Notes: generated by a model from the letters alone, not told the origin. Shown: positions 1-13,679, counted from the whole stretch's first letter. The stretch: DNA of 63,086 nt, filler included, from Phoronis australis (GCA_002633005.1; 12 parts of 12 records of this genome joined end to end with filler, not necessarily neighbours in it); one strand, 5' to 3'. Numbers and translations: made by a program.

Positions 1-689
1 AAACAGGAGACAGAGCATTAACAGCTGGGTTAACACTTAAGCTAATTGTTTCATCAATCAATATTGCTATTAGTTGGTTTCAATGAAAATTTCGGCATAT
101 AATAATTCAATATGCTAAGAAATGCTATAAAACATACCTCTCTTCCGTTTAGCAAACAGAAATTTTCTACTTCTCAAAAGGGCAAACTAAATTTGTTAAA
201 ATGCACCTAATTTAGGCACACTTCTACCCCTCCCCCCCCCGTTTCTGTCTCAGACGAGTAGTCAGTATAACTGTTGTCAAACAACATCCGAGTTTTTCCA
301 CCTTGGCTCTCAAGTTGAACTGCATGTCTGCAAAATGTATAGAGTAATTCCTGTTCTTGAATATGAAATACAGGCAAACTTGGGTCCATTAGAAGAAACG
401 TAATTACCCAGTTGACTGTCTTATTATCATAATTTCCCCAGTTAATGAGTTGAGACTCTACCGTTCTTCATGACGCCAACAAAAGTGCCGGAAGCTCGGA
501 GCAGTCCACGAGCTTGGTAGAGCAAATACAGATACTGGCAGTATCTTCAGTGCGTATTTACCTAACTTGCTACCCGATATACCTAAACAGCAATGCACAG
601 TAGTGCAGATAAACAGTTGTTCTACTTTTTATAATTAACAACAGACGACAGCTTATTTGCAAACTGATAATTTCATTTACACGCCTTAC

Positions 690-1218
690 CTAGCAGTGTT
701 CACAACTGAAAAACAGAACCAATCAAACAGCCATTCAAACATGTCAGTCATGGGGGATATTCCAACATGACAAAAGTGTTGGTCAACAAGGTCAAGGCGA
801 CTTGTCAAAATTGACTATGGAGAACACTCAATGTTTTGCTCGGTTATTCTTCAAATGGTTCACTTAACCAAGTGAAGCGCCTTTCCAATTCTAAATAAAA
901 GATAAACTCGTGCCATTTCTTTGCGTCCCCACATTGTTTAATTCTTCCATAAAAACATAGCATATGAAAAAACTCTTAATTTCTTACATTTTCTTACATT
1001 TGCCAGGTGGATCTTCTCTATCAAGTTGATATCCAACAGAGTTTGTACCCCCTATAAAGCACCTATCCAAGAAACAATTTCAACAGTTGTAAAAAATTAA
1101 GAAAACTGCCACATGCAAGCAATATAACTAACCTATAATCTCTCTTGGAAATCACCAGTACATCTGTAATCAGACCTTCTACCATGCTCAGGTTGACAAA
1201 TGTAAACTGTTGCTGTGA
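690..1218 (-). CDS. Candidate exons of an unidentified gene (1218-1133, 1062-998, 705-690)
   Basis: Three AG..GT bounded segments splice in phase to SQQQFTFVNLSMVEGLITDVLVISKRDY-R-CFIGGTNSVGYQLDREDPPGK-F-VNTA. No family recognised. Confidence 0.3.
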
Positions 1219-1305
1219 CTGGCAGCAAATACAGTAAAAGACTGGAACACAGCTGTTCAACCAAGTCAAAGATACAGTTAAACCCTGACTTTGACCAAGT
1301 ACAAC

Positions 1306-1394
1306 CAACAATCCTCACAGTTCAACAATCCTCACAGTTCAACAATCCTCACAGTTCAACAATCCTCGCAGTTCAACAATCCCCACAGTTCAAC
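1306..1394. repeat. 17-bp minisatellite (CAACAATCCTCACAGTT) x5
   Basis: Directly visible tandem units with 1-nt variants. Confidence 0.95.
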
Positions 1395-2093
1395 CCCATC
1401 ATATTGTGATTGTTATTACAACCCTACTGAGCAGATCTGACTTTAGAACATTTGTCTGTGAACAAATGCCAAGACTTCTAGTTGGACAGATAGATTACCA
1501 AACAGGAATGAACATATGTATATTTAGTTTATTTTGGATTTTTACAAACTATCAATGGTACTCCCATAGATAAAGTGTACGGGGGTAGACGCACTGCTGA
1601 GATGGGTGACTTTTTCTGGCCAGTATCCCTACGAAAGGATGCCTTTTCTGGCGAAAGGTGTCGCATCTTTTCCCACGTATGGTTCCACGTAGAAGGGCCA
1701 TTTTATGTGCACTTTAAAACACTTGTAGAAGAATCTCCACCAAAGGACTGGCAAATTTATAGAATCAATATCATGACTTAATGTTAGTATTATGCACCAC
1801 AACTCTATGAAATGGTGACTTATTCAGGGATGCGCCCTATGAATAGGCCCCTTCAATGCCAGTCAATTCTTCTAAATGGGTGCGTTTAATCCTATTTTCC
1901 CAGCTGCAAACCATATGAAAAATATAGTTGAGTACCCCCATCCCCGGTATGATCTGCATGAAATGGATTTGGATACAAGAACATGACTAGAAGGGTATCT
2001 AACAATGGGTACACAATAGGTGGGACTTTATATTCTTCCACAACACCAATACAGAAGTTGTCAATCTTGGGTCAGGTTTTCAGGTTCCAACTG

Positions 2094-3461
2094 CACGGAG
2101 TGAGAAACAAAATGACCACCGGACCCAAAACATGACTCACCACAGAACAGTATCTATGGGGCCGACGCACCTAAAAACATGACCGCCCAGGACTTCCAGA
2201 TAATGAACATGAAGGCCGGACAAACTGCAGTTATCAATGACTGCGTCATACAGCAGGTTAAAACCAGACACCTAGCTGTGTAAAAACCATGTCAAAATAC
2301 AGCTTGGTAGCACTATGTGCTGAGCTCTGTTAGACCTCATAAGTTCACACAGCCCAGGTAGTTCTGCTCGTCACCTCGTCGTTAAAACTTATATCAACAT
2401 GTAGTTAACGACCGGCTGAGGTGCATGCAAAACCTAGTAGTCAACAAACACTCAACTTGCTCGTTGCAGCCGCTTGAGTGGAAAACAATGTAAGAAACGT
2501 CTTTTACTTGCATAAATCTTTGCCTTTTGTAACAAAGAAAAGTCTGACACGCTCGTGACGGCAAAATACTGAAATACTAAAAATATGTAACGAAATGAAA
2601 CCAGTTCCGATAATTTGTTGTGCCATGTATGCAACCCCATGGAAAAAAACAGGTGATTGAAGAATTGGGGAAAAAAGAAATTGGCCAATGAAAGCCTACC
2701 CAAAAGAACGCATCACAATTTTAGCAGCAGAATAACGGCAGAACGACAATTTTTCCCAAGCACTGATAAATAATTTAGTTTACCAAAGAAAAGTGTCATT
2801 AATAACACTAATTTTGTGAAGATTTTACTTGTTCAGTTTTTTACCCACACTGCACCAAAGCAATATATTTAGTATACAGCTTTGACGATGATGATAATTT
2901 ACCCGAGAACCAGAACGCCCATTTTTGGCTTGACTAAAAAATTAAATTGGAGAAAATTAATTTCATTTTGTTCTATAACTTACGCAGTGGATAAAATTAT
3001 AATTCTTTAGCTCAAAAGTGTGCAACGATGTTCGTTTGTGGTTAGATTTATTAATATCAAATCTTGATCTTTTTCAATTGTTTATAAGTCGCATACCGCA
3101 GCATAGCCTGATGAAGCAAAACTCAAAAGTGGCGCATTTGACAAAGCGAAGTGTCCTGTAGCTCACAAAAGATTTCGGTGGATTAATCGGCATAAGACCT
3201 GCATACGTATATAGCCCCATTGAATGATCTGTGTCAATGACCGGTAATAAAAATTAGTCTGGTTATCATTGCGGACAAGTTTCAATCCCCGGTGGTCATG
3301 TTCAGTCTCCGGCGGTTATGCTTTGTGGTGGGGCGGTCATGTTTTTAGGTGCGACAGTCCCATTTTCTGGTGCGTCGGTCCCATTTGATTCCTGTAGTTC
3401 CTGTTTTTAGGTGAGTCGGTCAGATTTGGAGCACCAGCGGTCATGTTGTTTCTCACCCGTG
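2094..3461. mobile_element. Non-autonomous TIR DNA transposon, about 1.37 kb, with CACGG termini
   Basis: Left end CACGGAGTGAGAAACAAAATGACC; reverse complement of right end CACGGGTGAGAAACAACATGACC. Subterminal motifs (CATGACCGCCC, CCGACGCACC) are mirrored at both ends. No clear TSD. Confidence 0.7.
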
Positions 3462-6418
3462 ACCTCTGGGTCCACCGCTGAGGGCAGAGATGCAAAACAA
3501 CGATTATACCAGAAACACTCCTGCATTACTGGAAGAAATTAGAAAATTGATGTGCAAGATTTAGGTAATGGTCTCGCAGTTAATCTTCTCAGGTTTGACT
3601 CCAAAGTTTTGTTTTCACAACAGCACTAGGAAGTTTGAAGTCTCCCAGGCTTTCAGTTAATCAAAGGTATTGATCTGTGGTGACCTGGGTCAATCATTAA
3701 ATTCATTGTTTCCACCTTTATCAAGCTACTGTGTGGGAATCAACTGCATTAGTAGAGATAAAAGTGGTCAAGAGTGCAACTAAATGAGCCAGGGCAGAAG
3801 TGCTCTTCAAGTTGTTTTCTTTAATTAAAATACTGGTGTAATCTAAAAGCAACAATTCTAAAGCCTAGGACAAAAATAGCAAACACACACGCACACACAC
3901 TTGATTATCTTTGGCAAAATTTCTCAAAAAATTAAATCAAGACAGTTTTACCTCGCTGCTAACCGTGGTTTGCTTATATTATGAAGCTGCTTATAACACT
4001 TGGAGACATGTTGAGCTTGGCCAGATAAGAAGAAATTCAAATGCTAAATGTTTATAAACAAGTAGCCTGATAAAAAGCCCTGTTGATGAGGTCATTAATT
4101 ACTACAGAAATTGTTGCCACTATTACTGATTTAGGTCAATTAGAACAATTTGACAGATAACTTAGGTTGGTCAATGGTAATTGTTGTAACCAAGTGTTTT
4201 TAAGTAGGGAGATATTCACTTGCCATTTGGATACATGCCCATTAGAATGTGAAAGTTTACATTTTACCTTTAGCAACAGATAGACAAACACTGTCGTCAC
4301 CCCCTCCCCCCCTCGAATCCACAATATGGTTTACAATGTACATAACCCATTTATGTCAAGCCCTGAACCATTGTCTCTCCAGAATATGCCTGAGTCCCAA
4401 TCTTCACAATCAAGGAAATTCCAATTCAGCCTGAATAACAGTGTCCGACAATCCGGAACTGGAGAATATGTAACGTACTAATGAAGAACACTACCACGAG
4501 AACAAACAAACCTATACAGAAACTAAAACGCCACAGATACAAAACTGTTATGAAACTAAATGCTAAGTTGCCCATCCACCGACACGACACGACTGCCCTG
4601 CCCCTTGCCATGCCTAAACAAACATGTAAAGCACTCCTGCAACGAACTCGATCACAGGCAGGTATACATTCCAGACTGCACCAGAAAAGCTCATCATTCT
4701 AACTGATTGTGGGGGATGCAGTCACATTGCATGCAACTGCAGCAGAATATTCATATTCTTAACCCAGGTTTAATCAACTGTTCTAAGTTATTAATAATCC
4801 CTGACTTAACAACCACTGGTTCATGAAGATTACTTCTAAGCACATGACAAGTGTACCATAATTAGTCATTACAACACACTTAATTGTCATTTCAATGAGC
4901 TATATACTGGTTTTCATAACATTAAGAAGCTTTATGTCCATGTCACAGGAGCTTTAATTTCTTAATTGCTGTTTTTTTAAGAGGAAAGAGGATAAGTTCA
5001 GAGAAACAAAACTGTAATAATAACTGCTACTGTAAAATGCTTTACAAAAAATGTTCGTTCATGAAGACCACAGGTGACATTCCACGCTTGTGATAATTGT
5101 AGTCAGTCTGCAGGCTCACTTACCAAACTGTTCATTTGGCACACCCTGAAACGTTGTCTACTAATGAGCAGAACAAAGAAGTTCTGACAGGGATGTTATT
5201 GCAACTGCCGATCAGTTATGACAAAGAATTATTGCATTTGTCACACATATGCTCAAAGAATTACTTGCCTGGAACTGGCATGCAAGAAGATGGGGGTGGG
5301 CGGTAAATTGAACAATAACTTCAGCTGCCTTTACGACCAAGAGAGACTAAGGACACTTTCCCACCCAAATAAGGCAAGGTGTCACTAAAACTCTGACTGA
5401 TGCGTTACGCGGTGGTGAGCGAGTTTTGTAGAAGGTTTGGAGCCTGAAATTCGAGTAAGACGGCCATTCACATTGACAAGGGCAAGGGTGTTTTCTGGGA
5501 AGTCTTGTGTAAATTTGGGGGGCAAGTGAGCATGAACGTTTAAATGTGAAAATTTGGAAATTTCATTGGCATGGTGCCACAATTACCCGAGGACCACCTT
5601 AACTTAGTAAAGATTTGCTATGGTAACCGTATTCTAAAATAATGAACTCTGTCGCAGATCCTGGATTTTGCTCATGGGGTCCACTCTCAGAATAAACATT
5701 GGCAGTAGGATTTGGCCAAATCATCACAAGAAAACTGTAGCAAGTACTTAAGCCATTGATGTCGTATTTAAAAGATTGTATACTATTATACAGAATCCAG
5801 GCATAAGTTTTTTAACTCGGAACATTGGGAAACCATACACCTATAACATTCGACAATCATGAAAAGGGGACTTGGAAACAGAAAATTGGCGAAAGTCAAG
5901 GCCAAAGTTGTAACTTGGTAGAAGTGCATGTCAATCCTCCATCGAAGTAAAGTTAAAGTGACCTCACGCTGGGGGTCCCGATCTCCTTGACCACCTATGC
6001 ATGCATTGCTGGATGTCTTCAATAACGAATCACAGATGCATTTGATTTATCGCGGTATCCAACGAGTAGTAAAAAATAAAAGACACATAAAATACATCTA
6101 ACATCCTCCAATAAACTTATGCATCTTGTCTGTTATCCCTAATCAACCAATATCGCAGCTTTCATCACTTGTAGGGACCTACTGCACATTTGAAATTCAT
6201 GTGCAATGAAGCTGCTACTACAAGCTTAATTGCAAGGGTGATTTCAGAAAATTACCACTAATTTCATTAATGTTTTCCACAAATCAAATGAACCGTTAAC
6301 TTTTCAATAGGTGTTCCTCTGTGGCAAAGGTCTAGCCAGTAAATATGCCAAAGGTTATTTTCAACATGACATCCGTCTTCGGAAGACAAGTGGTGGGGAA
6401 AAAAATTTATTTAAACGT

Positions 6419-6518
6419 NNNNNNNNNNNNNNNNNNNNNNNNNNNNNNNNNNNNNNNNNNNNTTAATTAATTAANNNNNNNNNNNNNNNNNNNNNNNNNN
6501 NNNNNNNNNNNNNNNNNN
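6419..6518. other. Artificial contig linker N44-TTAATTAATTAA-N44 (also at 10767, 13080, 16051, 18930, 26109, 42454, 46128, 53581, 56713, 60141)
   Basis: Identical 100-nt structure eleven times; the 12-mer gives stops in all six frames. Confidence 0.97.
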
Positions 6519-7765
6519 TTCATGTGGGCCTGACAAAGTAACACAAAATAACACAATAATATTTATTGACAGCCAGCTAGGTGGTACTTTACATGTTATA
6601 AGTTGGTAGAGCATTTTTTGCAAATATGTACAACTGGTCTTAAAGCCTAACTTCAACAGAACTTTGTTATTTTAGCTGTATTGAGCTAACCAGATAGTCC
6701 TAGCAAATAAAATAAGACAACGTCAGTTAAATCACGCCAATGTAAGCCAGTCAAATGATAGGTGAAGCTGTCTCTTCGTGTCGTGATGCGTCCCCGCGAA
6801 AACTCAGCTCAAACAACAAAAGGCCGATAACAATTGTATTGAATAGGAGTCTGAATAGAACACCATTGCTTGTAGGTGTTATTCACAGCTGTTTGAATTA
6901 AATGGTGATTCTCATGGTGACATAGACAAAAGCAAGCCAATACGCGTAATAGTTCGTTACATTTGGCAATTTAGGGCACCAGTGGGCTCAGAGCAATGCT
7001 CTTAACATACTGTAGGAACCAAATTTACAGTTGTTACCATTCAAGATAGGCTTTAATTTGTAATCAACCTTTCCTCCACAGATGCAATTCTAACTTAGGG
7101 CTTTTAAGGGGTTTTGGCTTACCGTTCCCGAGTTTTCACCAAATGATTGGTTATTCAAAGTGGTAGTGGAAATGAAAATTAAAGACTTGTATTTCAATTT
7201 AATATCCAACAAATGTCTTTGCTTCGTAAGACTTGTATATTCACCTCAAATATTTCTTTGCTTCGTATGACTCGTGTATTCACCTCAAGTATTTCTTTTT
7301 TCAAATTTGTGAATGTTTCAAAGCTGTTTTCATTACCAAGGGATACCTGTCATAAAATATGATTTTAGTTCAAATTTTAAGGCATGCAGATGATGTTTAA
7401 TAATCTGTAGTTTGATTTAGTGATGGGAGTTTTAAATTGCAGGGGAATCAATCAATGGCGAGACTGTTTGTGAGTTTTCAGTGTACCCACTTGATATTGT
7501 CCTTAATAGTTCAATATTCTGTATTGTGTCGGTGTTTGGCACAATTAAAAAATTGCTCGTGTTAGTATTTACTTTGTGAAATATTGTGCGTGATGGTCTC
7601 TGCTTGTTACCGTAGTTGTTTCTTGTGATGAGGCTAATTACTGTTGCATACTTTACTTGACATGGCTTGATTAATAACCCTGTTGTGCAATACTTTAGTA
7701 ATCTTGTACTATCCCTTGTCACTCCGCCAACTTTACTTGCGGTAACTCTCCACTTATTTTCCTGA

Positions 7766-7878
7766 TAGTTGGGCTGTAGCAAATACAGTGAATATACAGA
7801 CTTGGTACTTAGGCCGCGGCAAATACTCTGAATTATACAGACTTCATAGTTAGGCTGAGGGAAATACATTGAATACAC
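7766..7878. repeat. Degenerate tandem repeat, about 41 bp x3
   Basis: Units of TAGTT(A/G)GGCTG..GCAAATAC..TGAAT.TACAGACTT. Confidence 0.7.
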
Positions 7879-8693
7879 NATATCTCAGATTGTTATAATT
7901 ACCCTCAAATAGAGGAGATGTCAGCAATCAAAATCTGTGTGCAAGAAAACATATCTCAGATTGTTATAATTACCCTCAAATAGAGGAGATGTCAGCAATC
8001 AAAATCCATGTATGCGCCCACATATAAATAGTGTGAACATTCGTGTTAACGACCTTGGAAATTGAAAGGGGTGGCTGTGGCTGAGATGGAAAGTCCAGAA
8101 ATTGGAAGTGTTCTTTTACCCATGGGGGCATAACCTGAAACAGATTATCTTGACTACCCATGACATTCTAGTAAGCAGTAGAATTTGCCTCCAGGCTGGT
8201 TGCTTATGCACACCTCATTGAATCAGCACACTCTTACAACAGGAGTATTCCAGTAAGCTATTTAGTACGATAAAAATTCCTGAATTTGTGACAGTGAAAA
8301 AATAAATATTTGGAACCCGTCCTAAATTTAGAAATAAGCAATGTTGGCCTCTGAAATTCGAGAAATACTAGAAAGACGGCAAAATCGACGGTGTCTGAAA
8401 GCTTAGAATTTATGCAGTCAGGTGGGGACAACGTTTCAGTTTGCGGTTTCAGACAGTTTGAACAGCCGCGCAGACTTGTGATCATTCTTTCTGACAAGAA
8501 ATTCACATGATGTCCTCAAAAAACACAAACTGCGATGTTACTGACTCACAATGGCCTTACCAAACTTTGTGATAGGAAATACGTATATTTGTCGTGTAAC
8601 ATGCTTTGACTGATTATTCGCAGTATCCATTGATGCTCAGTCTTCACGTTACACTGTTCGTCAACCAAACGCAGACGACACGACTGCAGTATA

Positions 8694-8890
8694 CCGTAAA
8701 CGTTCGGGTTAACGCCCATGCTCAGTTAACCGCCCACCCCCTACTTTAGGTGGATTTTCGATTTAACCGCCCACTGCTCGGTTAACCGCCCATCTGCGAT
8801 TTTTGAAGATTTCTAGTTAAGCGCCCCCTCTTGGTTAAGCACCCATCCCCGACTTTTAAAGATTGAAGATTTTAGCGCCCAGTGCTACGC
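8694..8890 (+). mobile_element. Left end of a Tc1/mariner-pogo-type (TA-CCGTA) non-autonomous element
   Basis: TA|CCGTAAAC terminus followed by multiple TTAACCGCCCA/TTAAGCGCCC subterminal repeats. Confidence 0.55.
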
Positions 8891-10866
8891 AAACGCGCGA
8901 TTTCCCGACTTTTAGATCGATGATCACAACTAGAGTGCAATGACGGCCTCCGAGCCGGCGGTTTGGCAATGTGAATTTTAATACAAGTAACGAATTCTTG
9001 TCTCGGGTCATGGATTTACTTCAAAATATAATACTTGAANACAAGTAACGAATTCTTGTCTCGGGTCATGGATTTACTTCAAAATATAATACTTGAACGT
9101 TTTGTCACTTTAGTTTCTTCCCATGTTCGCAAACTTTAAGAAACCCGACGGCTTCAATGCATCCGCTTTTAGCGACGCGGTCTGCCGCGCTGAGTTTCTG
9201 TCTGCAGTGCACTAGATAAAACATATATTCGAAAAAATTGGGCCAGAGAAATGTGACTGTGGTTTTCCCAACCCTTCCAATTCACTTTTGGTTGGAAGCT
9301 CTTGCATTTTCAAGAATTTCCGTAACTCACAGAAAGATGTCAAAATCTCCCTATCTTGATGAGTGTAATTGCCAGGTTATCGAAGATGTGTAGCGACAGA
9401 ACGGACAGCTTACCTCGCTGGCCGATTTGCTCAGTCTGTCGATTTCTGAATTCAAAGGTTGGCAATACATTACTGGATGTTAGTGTATCATCTTGAAGAA
9501 ATAAAAAACTGCAAGTCAAATTTTAATTTTCGCTTATTGCATCTCAGACAAGTTGGCGTTAGCAGATTCCGCCAAAGTCGCTGGCGGTTCTTTATACTAC
9601 GATTTCTTGTGAGAGACGTAACTGTGAATTATCGTATCCACCTAGCCTTTTAGCGTCCGGAATATTTTTGTTTCTACATTGGGCAGTTTCAACATGAACA
9701 AAATTCTTACCATTCGAGTCTGAGACATCTACGACGTAACTGATTGAAAATTGGCGGCAGTGGTAATGACGTGCACGCAGTTAGCTACGGGCATGGAACA
9801 TCAGGTCCAGTATCATTGAGCTGGGAAATATTGGAACAGACTTGACATTGTAGTTTTGGGTCATTGGAACGGGGGAATATCGTAAAACACTAGGTTTTTT
9901 GTAACAACAGCTTCAAAGTACAGAGTCACGCTGGTGCATTCCTTTATGTAGGGCTGTCGCTGTTCTCTTTTGATGTGCGACCTCTGAAGTGGTGCACGCA
10001 TGTAAGTTCCCACACACTGGAGTGCAGGTTACCTAGACAACAATTGTGTGATTGACAGGTGACTCATACGTATGCGTGCTGAATCCAGCTGCTGTCTTTT
10101 GTAAAATAAAAGAAGACCCATATTGAAAGAGGCTGTTAAATTATTTGTCCGCATTTCCAAGTTTAATGAATGCATATTATGCGCAAACAGCGGGACCGAC
10201 CATTGCCGCAGTTCGATATTGCCGTAGGTGATATTATAATAGGATAATCTGTACATATTGTGTGTAAAATAAATGTGTTTTTCGTGTTGCTTTATGTTTG
10301 CCAGATAGGCCTATCTATTTTACCCCCCCCCCCCAAAAAAAAAACGGCTCGTGTAGGTTGGAATTTCCCGGTGGCAAGTACAAGACGTCTTAAATCTGAG
10401 CTCACATTTCCAAATTTTGCAGTTCGTTATGCCGAGCACGGAGTCTCGGTTGCAAAACACTGACTCAGAAAGGACGGGTTACTGGTTGAAGCTCTTCACT
10501 AATTTAGTTGTATAGCCGCGCAAACCACATATGCTGGTTACCCGAATTACCCGAAGAATTGGGGCTACATCTACGAATTGTTTTTTACCGACACAGATAC
10601 GTGTATGAACTGGTAATTTTATTCCTCAGACTCTACTGTACGCGCTCACTAGACTCATCCCCAGTCATAGTGTTACTAATTTTAAAATAAAACTTTAAGC
10701 AAATACTTGTTTTTGAGTAATGCCTTTGCGGTAACTTTTGATTGACGACTGATTGATGTCTGCTTANNNNNNNNNNNNNNNNNNNNNNNNNNNNNNNNNN
10801 NNNNNNNNNNTTAATTAATTAANNNNNNNNNNNNNNNNNNNNNNNNNNNNNNNNNNNNNNNNNNNN

Positions 10867-11393
10867 ACACCCAGTGAAGACTGAAGACAGTTCGTCATCC
10901 CATGAACAGATCGGTGAGCCTAAGTTTAATAAGTTTATTGTGGACTTGTATTGGAGCTATTTAGAAGGTGCCATGTGTGTGGCGATGGAGTCAAACGGCG
11001 GGATGTTAGCAGTTTGGGTGCTCAGATCACCCTCCATAGGGAGTGTGTCGCGGGACACTCGGGCAAGTGGGACAGTTCTTCCTCTGTACGTGAGACGATA
11101 ATGAGTACACCCCAGTACGCAGCAACAGCGTGGCATGTTGACTGACTCTAAGCAAAAGCAAACGACGACCGATCTTATCACAACCGAGGTAGAACAATGA
11201 CTTACTCAAATGCTCTCACATTCAGACTTTATGAAAAGAAATTGGCGCAAAATTCTTGTCTTCCAAAACGTCACTTCCGGAGTAATTAATTAAATTACGA
11301 AAAGCAGTAAATAAGTGAAAAATATGTCTGGGATAATCAACGAACCTTATTTTTGCTAAAAATGACATGAAAAAAGGTTGCCTTCGCTTTTAA
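10867..11393. mobile_element. Rearranged fragment of the Kolobok-type THAP transposon (second copy)
   Basis: 10867-11090 (+) encodes EQIGEPKFNKFIV..LELFRRCHVC..ECVAGHSGKWDS. 11090-11389 carries the THAP start (MPRCCCVLGC, minus strand) and the same terminus as 17982, followed by TTAA. Confidence 0.8.
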
Positions 11394-11553
11394 TAACATA
11401 AAATCTCTTTAAGCTCAAAAATGAAGCAATATTGTTTCACGAATGCCGAACTAAATGTATTGTTGCAACTAACTAAGGATTGGTCTTAAATGAATTCAAA
11501 GGTTTACTGATTAATGTTCATTGTGTCTTAACCGATCGTTGTGTTCTTTTTAG

Positions 11554-11910
11554 AAAACTTCATCAGAGTCGGAAAACTTAGAATCATTGGAAAAAACAAT
11601 GATAAAGCGACATTTACAAAAGACCTGGAAAATAAGCTGTCACCGGCATTTAAGGAACTGAACGATACGGTGTGCCAATTAGTCAACGAAGCATACCGCC
11701 AGACGAAGCTCGTGTCACGGTACCTTTACTGTAGCGTGATTACGTTCGTCGAGGGGAGTATCGTGGTAAACTACAAAGCTGTGTTTAATGACACTAAAGA
11801 TAAGGTTGAGAAGATTGTGGAAAAAGAGGAGACAGAGGTCATTGAACAATTGAAAAACCTGAGCTCGTCACAAAAACTGTTGTTGGAGAAGAATGCGATT
11901 ACGTTCCAAG
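11554..11910 (+). CDS. SEA-domain exon (mucin / transmembrane protease / adhesion-receptor-type protein)
   Basis: FTKDLENKLSPAFKEL...VITFVEGSIVVNYKAVF matches the SEA pattern including GSIVV. Bounded by tttttag and CAAG|gtattt; 357 nt, phase 1-1. Confidence 0.85.
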
Positions 11911-12777
11911 GTATTTTCCATATCGCTTTGTAAACAGAGAAAATGACGCACCTTGCTTTTGTAAGGCTAAATGCGTGCGTTATTGCGCTAAATGCATTGT
12001 ACGCAGCCTTGGAATTAATATTACTCAAACATGGCGTTTCCGTTGACACCAAGTACACTTCAGACACGTGGTGTTTTTCTTAGTATTTACAATATCATCT
12101 GGGGTAAAAAAAAAGATATACACATGGGCACTTGCACTAATTCTTGCTCACCTCTCTCCTTCAAACCGTAACTGACAAACAGGTGCTGCAGCAAGTGGGT
12201 ACAGTAGTGAAGCGGTAAGAAGCATATTTAATTGGTATTTGCAATCTTAATTCTTGTTTCCTGGAAATGTATGAACTGAAAATTCGAAATCGAGATATCT
12301 AATTGCACCAAAATATATGAATACGAACTTCTGTTCCACTTCTTTAGCAAATTTTAGGTGACATTAACTGTTATAGGGCCGACTAGTGTAGTTTTGGAAT
12401 TGCTGTAGGGTGCGGTCGGACTTTTTGGAATTATTAGCTTAGACTATACATGTAGGTAAAAAGCATCAACAATTTTCGTGATTTTATTTGAATACGCTAA
12501 TTCCCGGCATAATTCACAAAAACTTAGGTCATTGAACTAACCTTCATGTACATGTACGCGGTTGCTTGCCACATTAAAGGATAGCCCTTCTGGGGAATTT
12601 TCGGACTGCGAACGCTCAGTGACTGACCTCATTGCCGGGACCGAATCCATCCTGATGCGACTATTATCAAATACACACGAATATCTCCGACAATGGCGCT
12701 TTCAGCCATTTTGTTTATAAAACAAAGCACACACATACAATTTGAACATCAAATGTGGTTCGTTTCTATATGAAGAC

Positions 12778-12923
12778 CAGTGCTGTAGTGGGGCATAGGC
12801 GCAGCCAACCACGTTTTGGCACTTGAACGTCGCGCTTACGCACCGTAAGTTACGTTCAGTGCTCAAAGTGATGCGGTGGGCACTGAGCGCCTACTTACCT
12901 CTAATTTTACCACTACAGCACTG
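12778..12923 (+). mobile_element. hAT-type MITE, 146 bp
   Basis: TIR CAGTGCTGTAGTGG / CCACTACAGCACTG with a perfect 8-bp TSD ATGAAGAC on both sides. Confidence 0.9.
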
Positions 12924-13679
12924 ATGAAGACAATAACATCGAGTTTTACGCACTGAGTGCCGCCTTTTTCGAATGTAGGTCTATGTGCCTATGGTTATCC
13001 ACAGTCGAGGAATGACTCACAAGTTTCTGAATTTGAAGACGGGCATGTCATGGAACCGTGGTGGAGTAGGCTCATGTCANNNNNNNNNNNNNNNNNNNNN
13101 NNNNNNNNNNNNNNNNNNNNNNNTTAATTAATTAANNNNNNNNNNNNNNNNNNNNNNNNNNNNNNNNNNNNNNNNNNNNGTTACACGCACGCGCTCGCTT
13201 ACTCGCAGACGAACTTCAAAACAAACGTCACGTGACAACAACATGTGTGTTCGTCTAGACATTTTTCTCCCGTGTTGCCGATCATACATGTAGATGGCAC
13301 GATGTTGCGCAGATTTGTACTTAAAACTGGTGTAAATCCAGACTCCACGGGAACTTAAAAAAGTCATAGGGATGCTACTTAGAAAACTTAATGAGGATTT
13401 CAGGTAATTTGCTTGAGTCGAAACTATTTTATTCAAGCATTGAAGTCGCTATATCGAAGACGGCGATTTTGAGACAGTCAGTCGGCGAGTTTTCGCCCTG
13501 GGATTTCAGCACGATTTTCTGTAAAATGATCGTAATTTAGCAGCAAAGTTTGATAGCAATGCACCACAGTTTTGTTGGAAGTCTTTCATAGATTACAGAT
13601 ACGTCGGAGAACGTAAATTTGATGAATCTTAGCTTCCAATTTCACCCGTTTCGGAGACCGGGTTTCAACCGCCTTGGGT

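Noticed and set aside
998-1062. LDRE motif suggesting a cadherin
   Set aside because: No other cadherin motifs or spacing in the adjacent exons.
8983-9097. Exact 57-bp tandem duplication
   Set aside because: Separated by a single N; an unmerged contig overlap.
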